DNA from: Deinococcales bacterium
GTDB lineage: Bacteria; Deinococcota; Deinococci; Deinococcales; JAAFIG01
Reading direction: 5' to 3'
DNA length: 34,949 nucleotides
Assembly: GCA_031414595.1 (NCBI GenBank)
Contig: JANNVX010000077.1
Coordinates: 1-34,949 of the forward strand
In this document: piece after piece, positions 1 through 8,541 of the stretch
How positions within the stretch are numbered: the stretch's first letter is position 1
Layout of the letters: each line of letters begins with the position of its first letter
Notes under the pieces: generated by a model
What the model was told of the DNA's origin: nothing
The model's database searches: none
The model's input: only the letters and a program-made list of their open reading frames with translations
Made by a program: the position numbers and the translations under genes

Positions 1-140
1 GGTCACAGGGCGGACACGGGGGTCCGCCCCTACCTGACGTATTTTTATGGATTTTGTAGGGACAGACCCCTGTGTCTGTCCTGCTAGAAACAATGTTTCA
101 TCATTTCCAAATAGGGAAGTTATTTACGGACAAATCCTTA
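1..140. mobile_element. Partial non-autonomous repeat element (MITE/REPIN-like) containing a GTAG-REP doublet; left copy
   Basis: 1-140 is the reverse complement of 34804-34943 with one mismatch (position 5). It contains REP hairpins at 7-33 (GTAGGGGCGGACCCCCGTGTCCGCCCT on the minus strand) and 56-82 (GTAGGGACAGACCCCTGTGTCTGTCCT). Identity stops at a TA dinucleotide in both copies. Confidence 0.75.
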
Positions 141-266
141 GCTGTGTATCAGTGGACTTTGAGATGCACTCGAGCATGACTTAACATACGCTCAAGCAAC
201 TCAGGAATTATCATTTTTTCACCTGAAAAACAGTTAGACTACAGAGGCTGTATAGTAGGGGGGACT

Positions 267-419
267 ATGAACCAATCAAATAAGGCTCGAGCCGAGTACC
301 AAACACCGTGTCTCGAGGCACAAGCCAACTACACACTCACCACAGGAATTTCGCTGCCAGTTGGCACAAGTATCCCAGATAGTTTTGAGATGACCGATGT
401 TTTGGGAGAAGAACTATGA
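267..419 (+). CDS. 50-aa peptide with lasso-RiPP-type leader motif (YxxPxL...T-T-G)
   Basis: Manual translation: MNQSNKARAEYQTPCLEAQANYTLTTGISLPVGTSIPDSFEMTDVLGEEL*. A G-rich SD (AGGGGGGA) lies just upstream, and the TGA stop overlaps the ATG at 416 (ATGA). It is shorter than any ORF in the supplied track. Confidence 0.7.
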   Translation: MNQSNKARAEYQTPCLEAQANYTLTTGISLPVGTSIPDSFEMTDVLGEEL

Positions 420-1822
420 AGCCCTTTTTGACCATTGGCGCAATTGCTTTGCTGGGTTTAGCCGCCTGTAACCAAGCCACACCACAAGCCAGCAGCAGCA
501 AAGTGTTAGGTACACTCGAGCTAACCATTGGTGGCAAATCCGGCGAGAGCAAAGCCGTACTGCGCCCACTTGTCAGCACACCAGAGGCGGATACATCCAT
601 CACCATTGGTGCAGTGACTAACGTGTATGGTGTAGATGCCAATTTTAGGTATGTGACTGCACAATTTTCGATTACCGCCAATCAAGCCTTTAATAACTTA
701 ACGCTCTATGCGTACAATAAAACAGGTAATTTGGGTGGTACAGCCCTTAAAGGTTTAACCAATTTTACTGGTGGTGCGGTGGCTGGTACAGCCCAGAATT
801 TGCTGCCAATTCATGCCCGTACCAATCTTGGCGCAATCAATACCGCAGTGGCTGATTTTCAAGCCTTCTCGAGCGCCGATATTGCCCCAGTCCAAGCCTT
901 TGTACCGGGTGAAACAGTTTTACAGTACGGCTTTGTGGCGCGTAAAGATGCCACCACCCGAGCCTTTGCCAATGGCGAAACAGGTTCGATTACAGTGGCT
1001 TACAAAATTCCAATTGGTTCACAAAACGATGATACTTATAAATTTACCGCAACCTTTGTAGTGGCAAACGAAACAGTTAGCCGTGTGACAAGGGATATAG
1101 ACGAAACCACAACCCAAGCTGATGCTCGAGCCACTGCACTTAGCGCAACTCAAGTGGCATTATTAGGGACAGACTCTGATACTACTTCGGCACCCGGTGC
1201 AACCACAGTTCGTATTAATTCTGCAACCATTGGTGCGGCAGTTAATATGTACGAAGAAAACTTTGATTTACTTAACACAGGTCTACCAGCCAACTGGAGT
1301 TTGTACACTGGTGCAACAGCGAGCGCCCTTGGAACAGTTGTAACTGCTGCCCCTGCTATTACAAATTGGGCAAGTACAACTGGTGCTTTCAAAAACTTTT
1401 CTTCTAATTCATGTGGAAGTGCAGGTGAATCTGGGTGTGCTAACCGCGCCCTTGGTGTTCGTCAAACTGGTAGTTTTGGCGACCCTGGCGCTTCCTTTGT
1501 TTACACTTTGGCAAATACCACCAAATTTGGAAACTACACAGTCGAATTCCAAGCCCAAATGTTAAGTGTTCAAACGCGTTCAACCATTTGGACTCTGGAT
1601 TATCGAATAGGTACTGGGTTATTTACCACGCTTGGCACATATGCTGACCCAGGAATATTTGGTTCGACACCTACCACTGGAACTCTAGGTGTAAATGCTA
1701 ACAATCAGGCTCAGGCAGTCGAATTCCGCATCTCAGCCCTGACAAGTTCCACTGGTACTGGCAGCAGAGATAGTTTCGGAATAGACGATTTTAAGGTCAA
1801 AGCAACCCCTATTATCCCGTAG
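416..1822 (+). CDS. Secreted lipoprotein, two beta-rich domains
   Basis: Signal peptide ending in lipobox LAAC (Cys18). Thr/Ala/Gly-rich mature part; C-terminal domain runs from YEENFD to FGIDDFKV. Confidence 0.85.
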   Translation: MKPFLTIGAIALLGLAACNQATPQASSSKVLGTLELTIGGKSGESKAVLRPLVSTPEADTSITIGAVTNVYGVDANFRYVTAQFSITANQAFNNLTLYAYNKTGNLGGTALKGLTNFTGGAVAGTAQNLLPIHARTNLGAINTAVADFQAFSSADIAPVQAFVPGETVLQYGFVARKDATTRAFANGETGSITVAYKIPIGSQNDDTYKFTATFVVANETVSRVTRDIDETTTQADARATALSATQVALLGTDSDTTSAPGATTVRINSATIGAAVNMYEENFDLLNTGLPANWSLYTGATASALGTVVTAAPAITNWASTTGAFKNFSSNSCGSAGESGCANRALGVRQTGSFGDPGASFVYTLANTTKFGNYTVEFQAQMLSVQTRSTIWTLDYRIGTGLFTTLGTYADPGIFGSTPTTGTLGVNANNQAQAVEFRISALTSSTGTGSRDSFGIDDFKVKATPIIP

Positions 1823-1836
1823 CAAAACATAATCTC

Positions 1837-1872
1837 AAAACCCCCGCACTCCTCAAGAGGCGGGGTTTCTTT
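1837..1872. terminator. Intrinsic terminator between convergent genes
   Basis: AAAACCCCCGC...GCGGGGTTTCTTT hairpin with A- and T-rich flanks directly after the lipoprotein stop. Confidence 0.7.
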
Positions 1873-1925
1873 GGCTCGAGCTTAAGCGCTGTTGTGTCTG
1901 TACTTGACCAAGCCTAAAGAATTTA

Positions 1926-2411
1926 TTACGGTATTTCGATTTCGATTTGTTTGGGGAATCCCTTTGCAAATACCGAAGCCTCGAGTTCGCCGCCTGTATC
2001 ATAAAATTTAACTACACCGTTCAAATCGCATGTCCAAACTTCAATTGCGCCGCGTTCAAAGTACAGTTTGCGTTTACCAGTTATTTCTTTAGTGCTGTTG
2101 TTTGGTGATAAAATTTCTACGCAGAGTTCTGGGGCTTGGCTTAACTCGAGTTCATCACGGTGTAACTTAAAGAATTCATAGCTTGACCATGCGACATCAG
2201 GTACTTTTACGCCTTTGCGTGTCCAAATGGCGGTTTCGCTGCTGACCATGCCTTTGGAAAGATATTGCTTCATCATTTCACCCATACGAATCTGATAAAT
2301 GCCGTGAAGATACTTGGTTGGACTCATAACCACCTGCCCATATTCGTTGGTTTCAATTTTGAACGGTAAATTACTTAAATCTTGATGGTTGACTACTTCT
2401 TGCCATGTCAT
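1926..2411 (-). CDS. Uma2 (DUF820) family PD-(D/E)xK endonuclease
   Basis: Motifs MSP...H, VPDVAW, APELCVEILSP, K..LYFERGAIEVW; SD GAGGTG. Confidence 0.9.
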   Translation of the reverse strand: MTWQEVVNHQDLSNLPFKIETNEYGQVVMSPTKYLHGIYQIRMGEMMKQYLSKGMVSSETAIWTRKGVKVPDVAWSSYEFFKLHRDELELSQAPELCVEILSPNNSTKEITGKRKLYFERGAIEVWTCDLNGVVKFYDTGGELEASVFAKGFPKQIEIEIP

Positions 2412-2426
2412 TGTCTCACCTCTTGA

Positions 2427-2462
2427 TTGTCATTGTAGCAAAACCATAGACTCGAGCCATGA
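2427..2462 (-). promoter_or_regulatory. 36-bp duplicated promoter-like cassette (copy 1, upstream of the Uma2 gene)
   Basis: Reverse complement TCATGGCTCGAGTCTATGGTTTTGCTACAATGACAA is identical to 11740-11775 and contains the extended -10 TGcTACAAT. Confidence 0.65.
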
Positions 2463-2551
2463 TGCACCCTTTGATTCTTTCTGGTGAGGTTGCTAAACGT
2501 GCTTTAACTCGGTCTTCTGGTCAGCCCGAAGTCACCCCTATTATGCTCGGG

Positions 2552-3832
2552 CTATGGATACAACCCACGCAATGCCCGCGCCTCGAGGACTCGAGTACAT
2601 GCCACAATAAAAGTTGCGGTTCGCATCGTCACATTTTTATCTTGGGCGACATCCCAAATGCCCTTGAAGGCTTCCACCATGATTTTTTCTAAACGTTTGT
2701 TGATTTCGTCTTCTGTCCAAAAGAAACTGCTAAAATCCTGCACCCATTCAAAGTATGAAACCGTTACACCACCAGCATTTGCTAACACGTCCGGCACAAC
2801 AATAATGCCGCGTTCACGCAGGACATCATCGGCGGCTGGAGTGGTCGGTCCGTTTGCGCCTTCGACCACAATACGGGTTTTAATTAAGTGGGCGTTCTCG
2901 AGGGTGATTTGTTTTTCTAAAGCGGCAGGGATTAAAAATTCGGTTTCGACGCTCCAGAAATCGTTTTTGGCTATGGTTGTGGCTTTTGGATAGGCGGTCA
3001 CATCTGGGTTTTGTTTCATAAACTCGAGCAGGTCATGTGGATTTATACCGTCGCCATTAAAAATCGTGCCAGACACATCCTGAATCGCTACAACTTTTGC
3101 CCCGTGGTCATGAAAAATTCTTGCCGAGGCATTACCGACATTCCCAAAACCCTGCACCGTGACTCGAGAACCCGCAATTTCTAAACCAATACGATTGGCG
3201 GCTTCGCGTCCCGCCACAAAGACACCGCGCCCAGTCGCATCGCGTCGTCCGAGGCTGCCACCAAGGGCAATTGGTTTACCGGTGACCACCCCTGTGGCGG
3301 TGCGTCCTTGGTTCATGCTGTAGGTGTCCATCATCCATGCCATCGTCAGTTCGTTGGTGTTGACATCGGGGGCTGGAATGTCTTTGTCTGGTCCAATAAT
3401 AAAATTGATTTCCGAGGTGTAGCGCCGAGTCATCTTCTCGAGTTCACCACGCGATAGTTTGCGTGGGTCTACCCGAATTCCGCCTTTAGCGCCGCCGTAA
3501 GGCAGGTTTACCGCCGCGTTTTTAACCGTCATCCAAGCGCTTAATGCCATCACTTCCGAAAGCGTTACATCTTGGTGATAGCGCACCCCTCCCTTACCGG
3601 GTCCACGAGAAGAATTATGCTGTACACGGTAGCCTTCAAAATGGGCAATGCTGCCATCGTCCAGTTGAATTGGCACATCCACAATCAAAATACGTTTTGG
3701 TCGCTTTAAGGTCTCGACCCAGTAGGCAAGTTTCCCAAGGTAAGGAGTCACACGGTCTACTTGCTCGAGGTAAATTTCCCAAGGTCCTAGGTTATCATGA
3801 TTTAAGTAAGAAGGAACTTCATGTTGGTGCAT
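2552..3832 (-). CDS. gdhB: Glutamate dehydrogenase, catalytic subunit (Thermus GdhB-like)
   Basis: [40 protein letters not shown]-terminus SYL...[13 protein letters not shown] resembles Thermus GdhB. Start moved to ATG 3832, which follows AGGAG. Confidence 0.9.
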   Translation of the reverse strand: MHQHEVPSYLNHDNLGPWEIYLEQVDRVTPYLGKLAYWVETLKRPKRILIVDVPIQLDDGSIAHFEGYRVQHNSSRGPGKGGVRYHQDVTLSEVMALSAWMTVKNAAVNLPYGGAKGGIRVDPRKLSRGELEKMTRRYTSEINFIIGPDKDIPAPDVNTNELTMAWMMDTYSMNQGRTATGVVTGKPIALGGSLGRRDATGRGVFVAGREAANRIGLEIAGSRVTVQGFGNVGNASARIFHDHGAKVVAIQDVSGTIFNGDGINPHDLLEFMKQNPDVTAYPKATTIAKNDFWSVETEFLIPAALEKQITLENAHLIKTRIVVEGANGPTTPAADDVLRERGIIVVPDVLANAGGVTVSYFEWVQDFSSFFWTEDEINKRLEKIMVEAFKGIWDVAQDKNVTMRTATFIVACTRVLEARALRGLYP

Positions 3833-3848
3833 AGTTTTATCTCCTGTG

Positions 3849-3884
3849 AAGGGGAAGGCAAAGGGCGAAAGGCGAAAGGCAAAA
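3849..3884 (-). repeat. Heptamer tandem array (TTTYGCC)n
   Basis: Minus strand CTTTTGCCTTTCGCCTTTCGCCCTTTGCCTTCCCC, between the gdhA stop and the gdhB RBS. Confidence 0.75.
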
Positions 3885-3902
3885 GATTTTTTCCTCTTTC
3901 CT

Positions 3903-5189
3903 CTACGGGTATAAGCCACGTAAGTTGGTGCTTTCGTTGATTCGGCTGACTGCCAGAATAAATGCGGCTTGACGCAAATTGACATTGCGCTCGAGTTTTA
4001 CAGTATAAACACTGTCTAAGGCGTGTTGAATGTGTTGTTCTAGGTTGCTGCGAATCTCGTCTTCTGTCCAGTAGAGGTTGTTAAAATCTTGTACCCATTC
4101 ATAATAAGAAACGGTTACACCACCCGAATTGGCTAAGTAATCGGGGATAATCACCCGTCCCTCGCGCTCGAGAATGGTATCGGCTTGTCTGGTGATGGCA
4201 TGATTTGCGCCTTCGGCAATAATTTGGGCTTCGACTTTGGCGGCGTTACCAGCGTGAATTGCGCCTTCACGCACGGCTGGAACTAAAATATCTACGGGCA
4301 GAGTTAAAAGCGATTCATGGTCTATGCGTTTTGCGCCATTAAACCCAATGATTGTGCCGTGCTGATTTTTGTACTCGAGCAGGGCTGGAATATCAAAACC
4401 ATCATGGGCATAAATCGCGCCACTCGAGTCAGAGACCGCCACAATTCGCACACCGCGTTCAAATAGCCCGAGGGCAGCATAACGCCCGACCATGCCAAAA
4501 CCTTGGATGGCAGCACTGGCTTTCTCTAAGTTAATGTTTTCGCGCTTGGCAACCCCAAAAATGCTGTAGGCAATGCCGCGCCCAGCCGCTTCGACCCTGC
4601 CAACACTGCCGCCAAGGGCTACGGGTTTACCGGTTACCACACCAGTCACGGTGCTGCCTTTGTTTTGGCTAAAGGTGTCCATAATCCATGCCATCACTTG
4701 TTCGTTTGTACCAGTGTCTGGGGCGGGAATGTCTTTGTCGGGTCCGATTAAGTCCACCAGTTCGGAAGTGTAGCGCCTCGTCATGCGTTCAATTTCAGGT
4801 TTTGAGAGGGTTTTTGGGTCTACGTCTATACCACCTTTTGCACCACCGAACGGGAGGTTCATGACCGCACACTTAATGGTCATGGCGGCGGCTAAACCAC
4901 GTACTTCATCTAAGTTTAAGCCCGCCCGGTAACGGATTCCACCCTTCGAGGGTCCGCGTGAAATGCTGTGTTGAACTCGGTAGCCCGTAAAAAAACGCAC
5001 CGAACCATCGTCCATACGAGCAGGTACAGAGACCGTGACCATACGTTTAGGATGACGCAGATACTCGAGGGTTTCTGAACTGGCTCTAAAGTAGTTTTGG
5101 GTGGTTTCGATTTGATCAATAAAGGCGTGCCAGAGGTTTAAGTCCTCGGTTTGGGGTTCATTGCGAGCTTGTGGCTCGTGTTGGTTCAT
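3903..5189 (-). CDS. gdhA: Glutamate dehydrogenase family protein (Thermus GdhA-like partner subunit)
   Basis: [43 protein letters not shown]. Directly upstream of gdhB with the same RGLYP C-terminus; SD GGAGG. Confidence 0.85.
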   Translation of the reverse strand: MNQHEPQARNEPQTEDLNLWHAFIDQIETTQNYFRASSETLEYLRHPKRMVTVSVPARMDDGSVRFFTGYRVQHSISRGPSKGGIRYRAGLNLDEVRGLAAAMTIKCAVMNLPFGGAKGGIDVDPKTLSKPEIERMTRRYTSELVDLIGPDKDIPAPDTGTNEQVMAWIMDTFSQNKGSTVTGVVTGKPVALGGSVGRVEAAGRGIAYSIFGVAKRENINLEKASAAIQGFGMVGRYAALGLFERGVRIVAVSDSSGAIYAHDGFDIPALLEYKNQHGTIIGFNGAKRIDHESLLTLPVDILVPAVREGAIHAGNAAKVEAQIIAEGANHAITRQADTILEREGRVIIPDYLANSGGVTVSYYEWVQDFNNLYWTEDEIRSNLEQHIQHALDSVYTVKLERNVNLRQAAFILAVSRINESTNLRGLYP

Positions 5190-5258
5190 GTGTCCTCCGT
5201 GGGGCGTAACAAATCCTCAAAACTGCCTCGAGGTTCTTAAGTTGTGCTTCGGTGGAGG

Positions 5259-5284
5259 ATTATACACCCCTTGCAAACGTTTGT
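5259..5284 (-). promoter_or_regulatory. gdhAB promoter -10 with adjacent palindrome
   Basis: TATAAT on the minus strand at 5259-5264; perfect palindrome CAAACGTTTG at 5274-5283. Confidence 0.5.
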
Positions 5285-5332
5285 TTGGTTAATGCCAGAT
5301 GAGACCGCCTAGTCAATCGAGCTATGGGCGTT

Positions 5333-8026
5333 TCAGCCAACCGAGGTACTTGGGCTACGCGGGGCTTTTAAGCGCCCCAACAAATCCATGGCTGCCACAG
5401 GTTTGGAAAAATAATAACCTTGCGAACGATCCACCGCTAAATCCCGCAACGCCAAAAATTGCTCCCTTGTCTCCACGCCTTCCGCCACGACGCTCATTCC
5501 AACATGCCGCGCCAGCAAAACAATCAGTTTAACCAAAGACCAACCCGAATCACCCGGCTCGAGGTGCGAAACAAAACTGCGGTCAATTTTTAAGGAGTTG
5601 ACTGGCAGTTTTTGTAAATACGCTAGGCTCGAGTAGCCCGTTCCAAAGTCATCTATGGCGGTTTGAATTCCTTGGGCTTGTAAACGCTGTAAACGCTCGG
5701 CAGCAAGGGCTGTATCGTTCATCAAAGCACTTTCGGTGACTTCTAGTTCAAGCGCTTTTGGGTCAAAATTGGTTTCTCGCAGCACCTTTGATACCGTATC
5801 CGAAAAATCTGCCCGCATTAACTGCTGCACATCTATGTTGACTGCCAAAGCCACATTTAAGCCGTCGCGTCGCCATTGACCGACTTCTTGGCAGGCTTTG
5901 CGTAAAATCCATTCACCCATTGGCACAATCAAACCAGACTCGAGCGCCACTGGTAAAAACCGCCCCGGTGCAACCAAACCTTCTTGCGGGTGCTGCCAAT
6001 AGAGCAACGCCTCGACCACAATCACTTGTTGGGCAGCATTGACTTGCGGCTGATAGCGCACCACAAATTCGTTGCGTTCAAGCGCACGGCGCAAGGACAC
6101 TTCGGTGTTTAAGCGTTCTTTGGCAAGGCTGTTCATGGCAGGGTCAAAACGTCTAAAATTACTTTTACCACTGCGTTTGACCCCATTCATGGCGGTGTCG
6201 GCATTTCGCAGTAGAATCGTGGCACTTGTGCCGTCGTCTGGATAAATGGCTGCCCCAATACTGGCGGATAAAAAAAGTTCCACCCCACGAAGCGAAAGCG
6301 GATACGACAGGGCTTTGAGCATTTCTTTTGCCAAGGCTTCGGCTTCCGAGACTTGCTCTAAATGATGCACCACCAAAGTAAACTCGTCGCCACCCGGACG
6401 CGCCAACATATCCCGAGACGGCAAAATAGTACGCCAACGGTCAGTCACAGTTCGCAGCACCTCATCGCCGACCTCATGTCCAAGGGTGTCGTTGATTCGC
6501 CTAAAACCATCTAAATCTATTTGTAGCACCGCCAATTTCCAGCCGCGTTGCAACGCCACTTTTAAGGCACCCTCAAGGTGACGCTCGACCCCGTAACGAT
6601 TCGGTAATTTGGTCAGGGTATCGGTGCTGGCTTGGTCATCTAAGCGGTCAATTAGGGTACTTCGTTCAATCACCAAGGTGGCTAAACGTGCCACATTTTC
6701 AAAATGCTCGAGTTGACTGGGGGTTGGCGCACTGCTGCGTGAAAAATGCAGTTCAAGCGCCCCAATCACCGCGCCATCGGCAGAAGAAATCGGGACTGCC
6801 CAAGAACTCGCCACCCCACTCATCAGCATTGCCCTGTCCATATTGATCCAACGCGGGTCGTCTTGAATCGCTTCAACCACGGCTGGCACAGCCTCGAGAA
6901 TCGCATAAGAAGCCGTCCCATGCCCTAAACCAATCGGTACACCATCCAGCAGCGAACGCACCAGTGGTCGCCAATTGGGAGCGACTTGTAAAACCAAACG
7001 CTCGGCTTTACGCATAAAAACACCCGCCGTTGACCCGGCAAAAATCTTCTCGAGTAAGCCCGTTAAAGTTTGCAGCGTTTCGTTGAGGGGCGCACCACGC
7101 AGCGCCAACTCAAGAACCCGATTGCGGTAGGCTTCCAGAAGTTCGTTGCTTTTGCGTTCAGTAATATCGCGCCGCCACGAAACACGATTGGTAATCACCC
7201 CCAATTCGTTGCGAATCGGCACAATCGAAAGTTGCACCCAAAGCGGTGTGCCGTCTTTTTTATATTCAATCGTTTCTAAATCCACCGATTTACCAAGTCG
7301 CAAATCGGCTTTGGCACGGTGGTACAAATCGGTGTCGCCATAAGCCCCGCGCAGTAAACCAGCCGTCTGCCCAAGCGACTCTTGGGGCGAAAAGCCCATC
7401 AGATTAGAAAAAGCCGCATTGACAAAAATAATTTTTGAATTCTGTTCGTTGCCATCGTCTGGGACAGCGATTTCACTGATTAAAACACTCTCATCGGCGT
7501 TCAGCACAGCACTTTCAAAGAGTTGTAAGCGCTGATCAAACTCTGAAAGTGTGGCTTTATCCTCGGCTCGAGCTTGGGTCTGTTTTTTAGATTGCTGGCG
7601 CAAAAAACCGTTTTCTAAGGTCGAAGCCACCAACACCGATAAACGCTCGAGTTGAACCACTTGGGCTGGGGTCAGTTGCACCGCTTGGCGGTACATCAGC
7701 ATCAAAACCCCTGCCACGGTATTTTCTAAAATCACTGGCACTGCCGCCACCACCGAAACGACTTGTTGAATCGTGCGTTCTGACCAATGCAGGTATTGTT
7801 GTACCACCAAAGGTTCGGCACTTGCCCAGACCCGCCCAGGAACATCCACCCCTTTATCAAAACTGGTGGCAATCTCTAAAGCCATACCTTCTGCCAGCAC
7901 ACGCTGCATCGAAGTTCCAGCCACCACATAAAGCGCCACACCATCGGGTATAAAAACTGTTGAACACAATGCCATGATTGTTTGTAAAGCATCACGGTCA
8001 GAAGAAAGCGGCTTTGAAACTTGCAT
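5333..8026 (-). CDS. GAF-PAS-GAF-GGDEF-EAL diguanylate cyclase/phosphodiesterase
   Basis: PAS/PAC (FVNAAF, KKDGTPLWV, DITERK), DLDGFRRINDTLGH, GGDEF, EALL, LELEVTES, DDFGTGYSSL, LKIDRSF, AEGVET, QGYYFSKP. Confidence 0.95.
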   Translation of the reverse strand: MQVSKPLSSDRDALQTIMALCSTVFIPDGVALYVVAGTSMQRVLAEGMALEIATSFDKGVDVPGRVWASAEPLVVQQYLHWSERTIQQVVSVVAAVPVILENTVAGVLMLMYRQAVQLTPAQVVQLERLSVLVASTLENGFLRQQSKKQTQARAEDKATLSEFDQRLQLFESAVLNADESVLISEIAVPDDGNEQNSKIIFVNAAFSNLMGFSPQESLGQTAGLLRGAYGDTDLYHRAKADLRLGKSVDLETIEYKKDGTPLWVQLSIVPIRNELGVITNRVSWRRDITERKSNELLEAYRNRVLELALRGAPLNETLQTLTGLLEKIFAGSTAGVFMRKAERLVLQVAPNWRPLVRSLLDGVPIGLGHGTASYAILEAVPAVVEAIQDDPRWINMDRAMLMSGVASSWAVPISSADGAVIGALELHFSRSSAPTPSQLEHFENVARLATLVIERSTLIDRLDDQASTDTLTKLPNRYGVERHLEGALKVALQRGWKLAVLQIDLDGFRRINDTLGHEVGDEVLRTVTDRWRTILPSRDMLARPGGDEFTLVVHHLEQVSEAEALAKEMLKALSYPLSLRGVELFLSASIGAAIYPDDGTSATILLRNADTAMNGVKRSGKSNFRRFDPAMNSLAKERLNTEVSLRRALERNEFVVRYQPQVNAAQQVIVVEALLYWQHPQEGLVAPGRFLPVALESGLIVPMGEWILRKACQEVGQWRRDGLNVALAVNIDVQQLMRADFSDTVSKVLRETNFDPKALELEVTESALMNDTALAAERLQRLQAQGIQTAIDDFGTGYSSLAYLQKLPVNSLKIDRSFVSHLEPGDSGWSLVKLIVLLARHVGMSVVAEGVETREQFLALRDLAVDRSQGYYFSKPVAAMDLLGRLKAPRSPSTSVG

Positions 8027-8052
8027 GGTTTCTATTATGCCTTAAACTTTTG

Positions 8053-8071
8053 CAAATTGTGGTACAATTTG
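8053..8071. promoter_or_regulatory. Inverted repeat overlapping an extended -10 in a divergent promoter region
   Basis: CAAATTGT-GGT-ACAATTTG; contains TGgTACAAT. Confidence 0.5.
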
Positions 8072-8150
8072 GCTTTACGTATTAAGCCTTTTCCTAAAAC
8101 CAAACTTTGGATTGGTCACAACCATACACTAAAGGGAGTATTGTCACCAC

Positions 8151-8510
8151 ATGGCTCGCATTAACCCAAATTCAACTGACCAACTCCCTAATTCCTCTAA
8201 GGTCTGGCGGGCTGAGCCGCAACTCAATAATTTTTTATTGGGGGCTTGGAGTGCAGCCTCGGCGCGTCAATCGTGGACAAGTTTTGTGGTTACTCCAGAC
8301 CAACGGGTGAAAATTACGGCTGGCAGTAAAATCATGAGCGGCATGATTGAAAGCCATGCCAGTGGCAAGCTATTACTGACCTTATACGCTGGGGCTGGCG
8401 AAAGCACCGCTCAACTTGAAGGCACATGGCACATTAGCGGGCAAGAACTTCGACTCGAGTTCAAAGCCACCGATATGATTTTTAATCAAACCAAAGCCAC
8501 GAATCATTAG
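8151..8510 (+). CDS. Hypothetical protein, probably a small beta-barrel
   Basis: 119-aa ORF filling the gap, with AAGGGAG upstream and repeated LxGxW strand motifs (LLGAW, LEGTW). Confidence 0.6.
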   Translation: MARINPNSTDQLPNSSKVWRAEPQLNNFLLGAWSAASARQSWTSFVVTPDQRVKITAGSKIMSGMIESHASGKLLLTLYAGAGESTAQLEGTWHISGQELRLEFKATDMIFNQTKATNH

Positions 8511-8541
8511 CCACTGGTGTCCCAGACGGGTTTCTCGAGTT

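Noticed and set aside
283-410. Riboswitch upstream of the lipoprotein (stems GCCAACT/AGTTGGC and GTGTC/GGCAC)
   Set aside because: No known riboswitch consensus was recognised, and the region is better explained by the 50-aa ORF.
267-419. Canonical lasso peptide biosynthetic cluster
   Set aside because: There is no acidic residue at core positions 7-9 and no B1/B2/C genes in the window. It is kept only as a leader-like peptide.
1926-2411. Uma2 nucleases as the cognate enzymes of a CTCGAG restriction-modification system
   Set aside because: No DNA methyltransferase is adjacent (prmA, menG and the gene at 29553 are protein or small-molecule MTases), and nothing in the sequence ties Uma2 specificity to CTCGAG.
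2459-2692. 77-aa plus-strand ORF starting in the duplicated cassette
   Set aside because: It has a TAGACT-N6-ATG context but runs 141 nt antisense into gdhB and has no recognisable features, so it was not called as a CDS.
3833-3985. N-terminal extensions in the ORF track (gdhB from 3985, aroQ from 19229, 18892, 13720, 24048, 11663, 29526, 30305, 25982)
   Set aside because: They overlap neighbouring genes, repeats or leaders, and better starts with SD or -10 support exist downstream.
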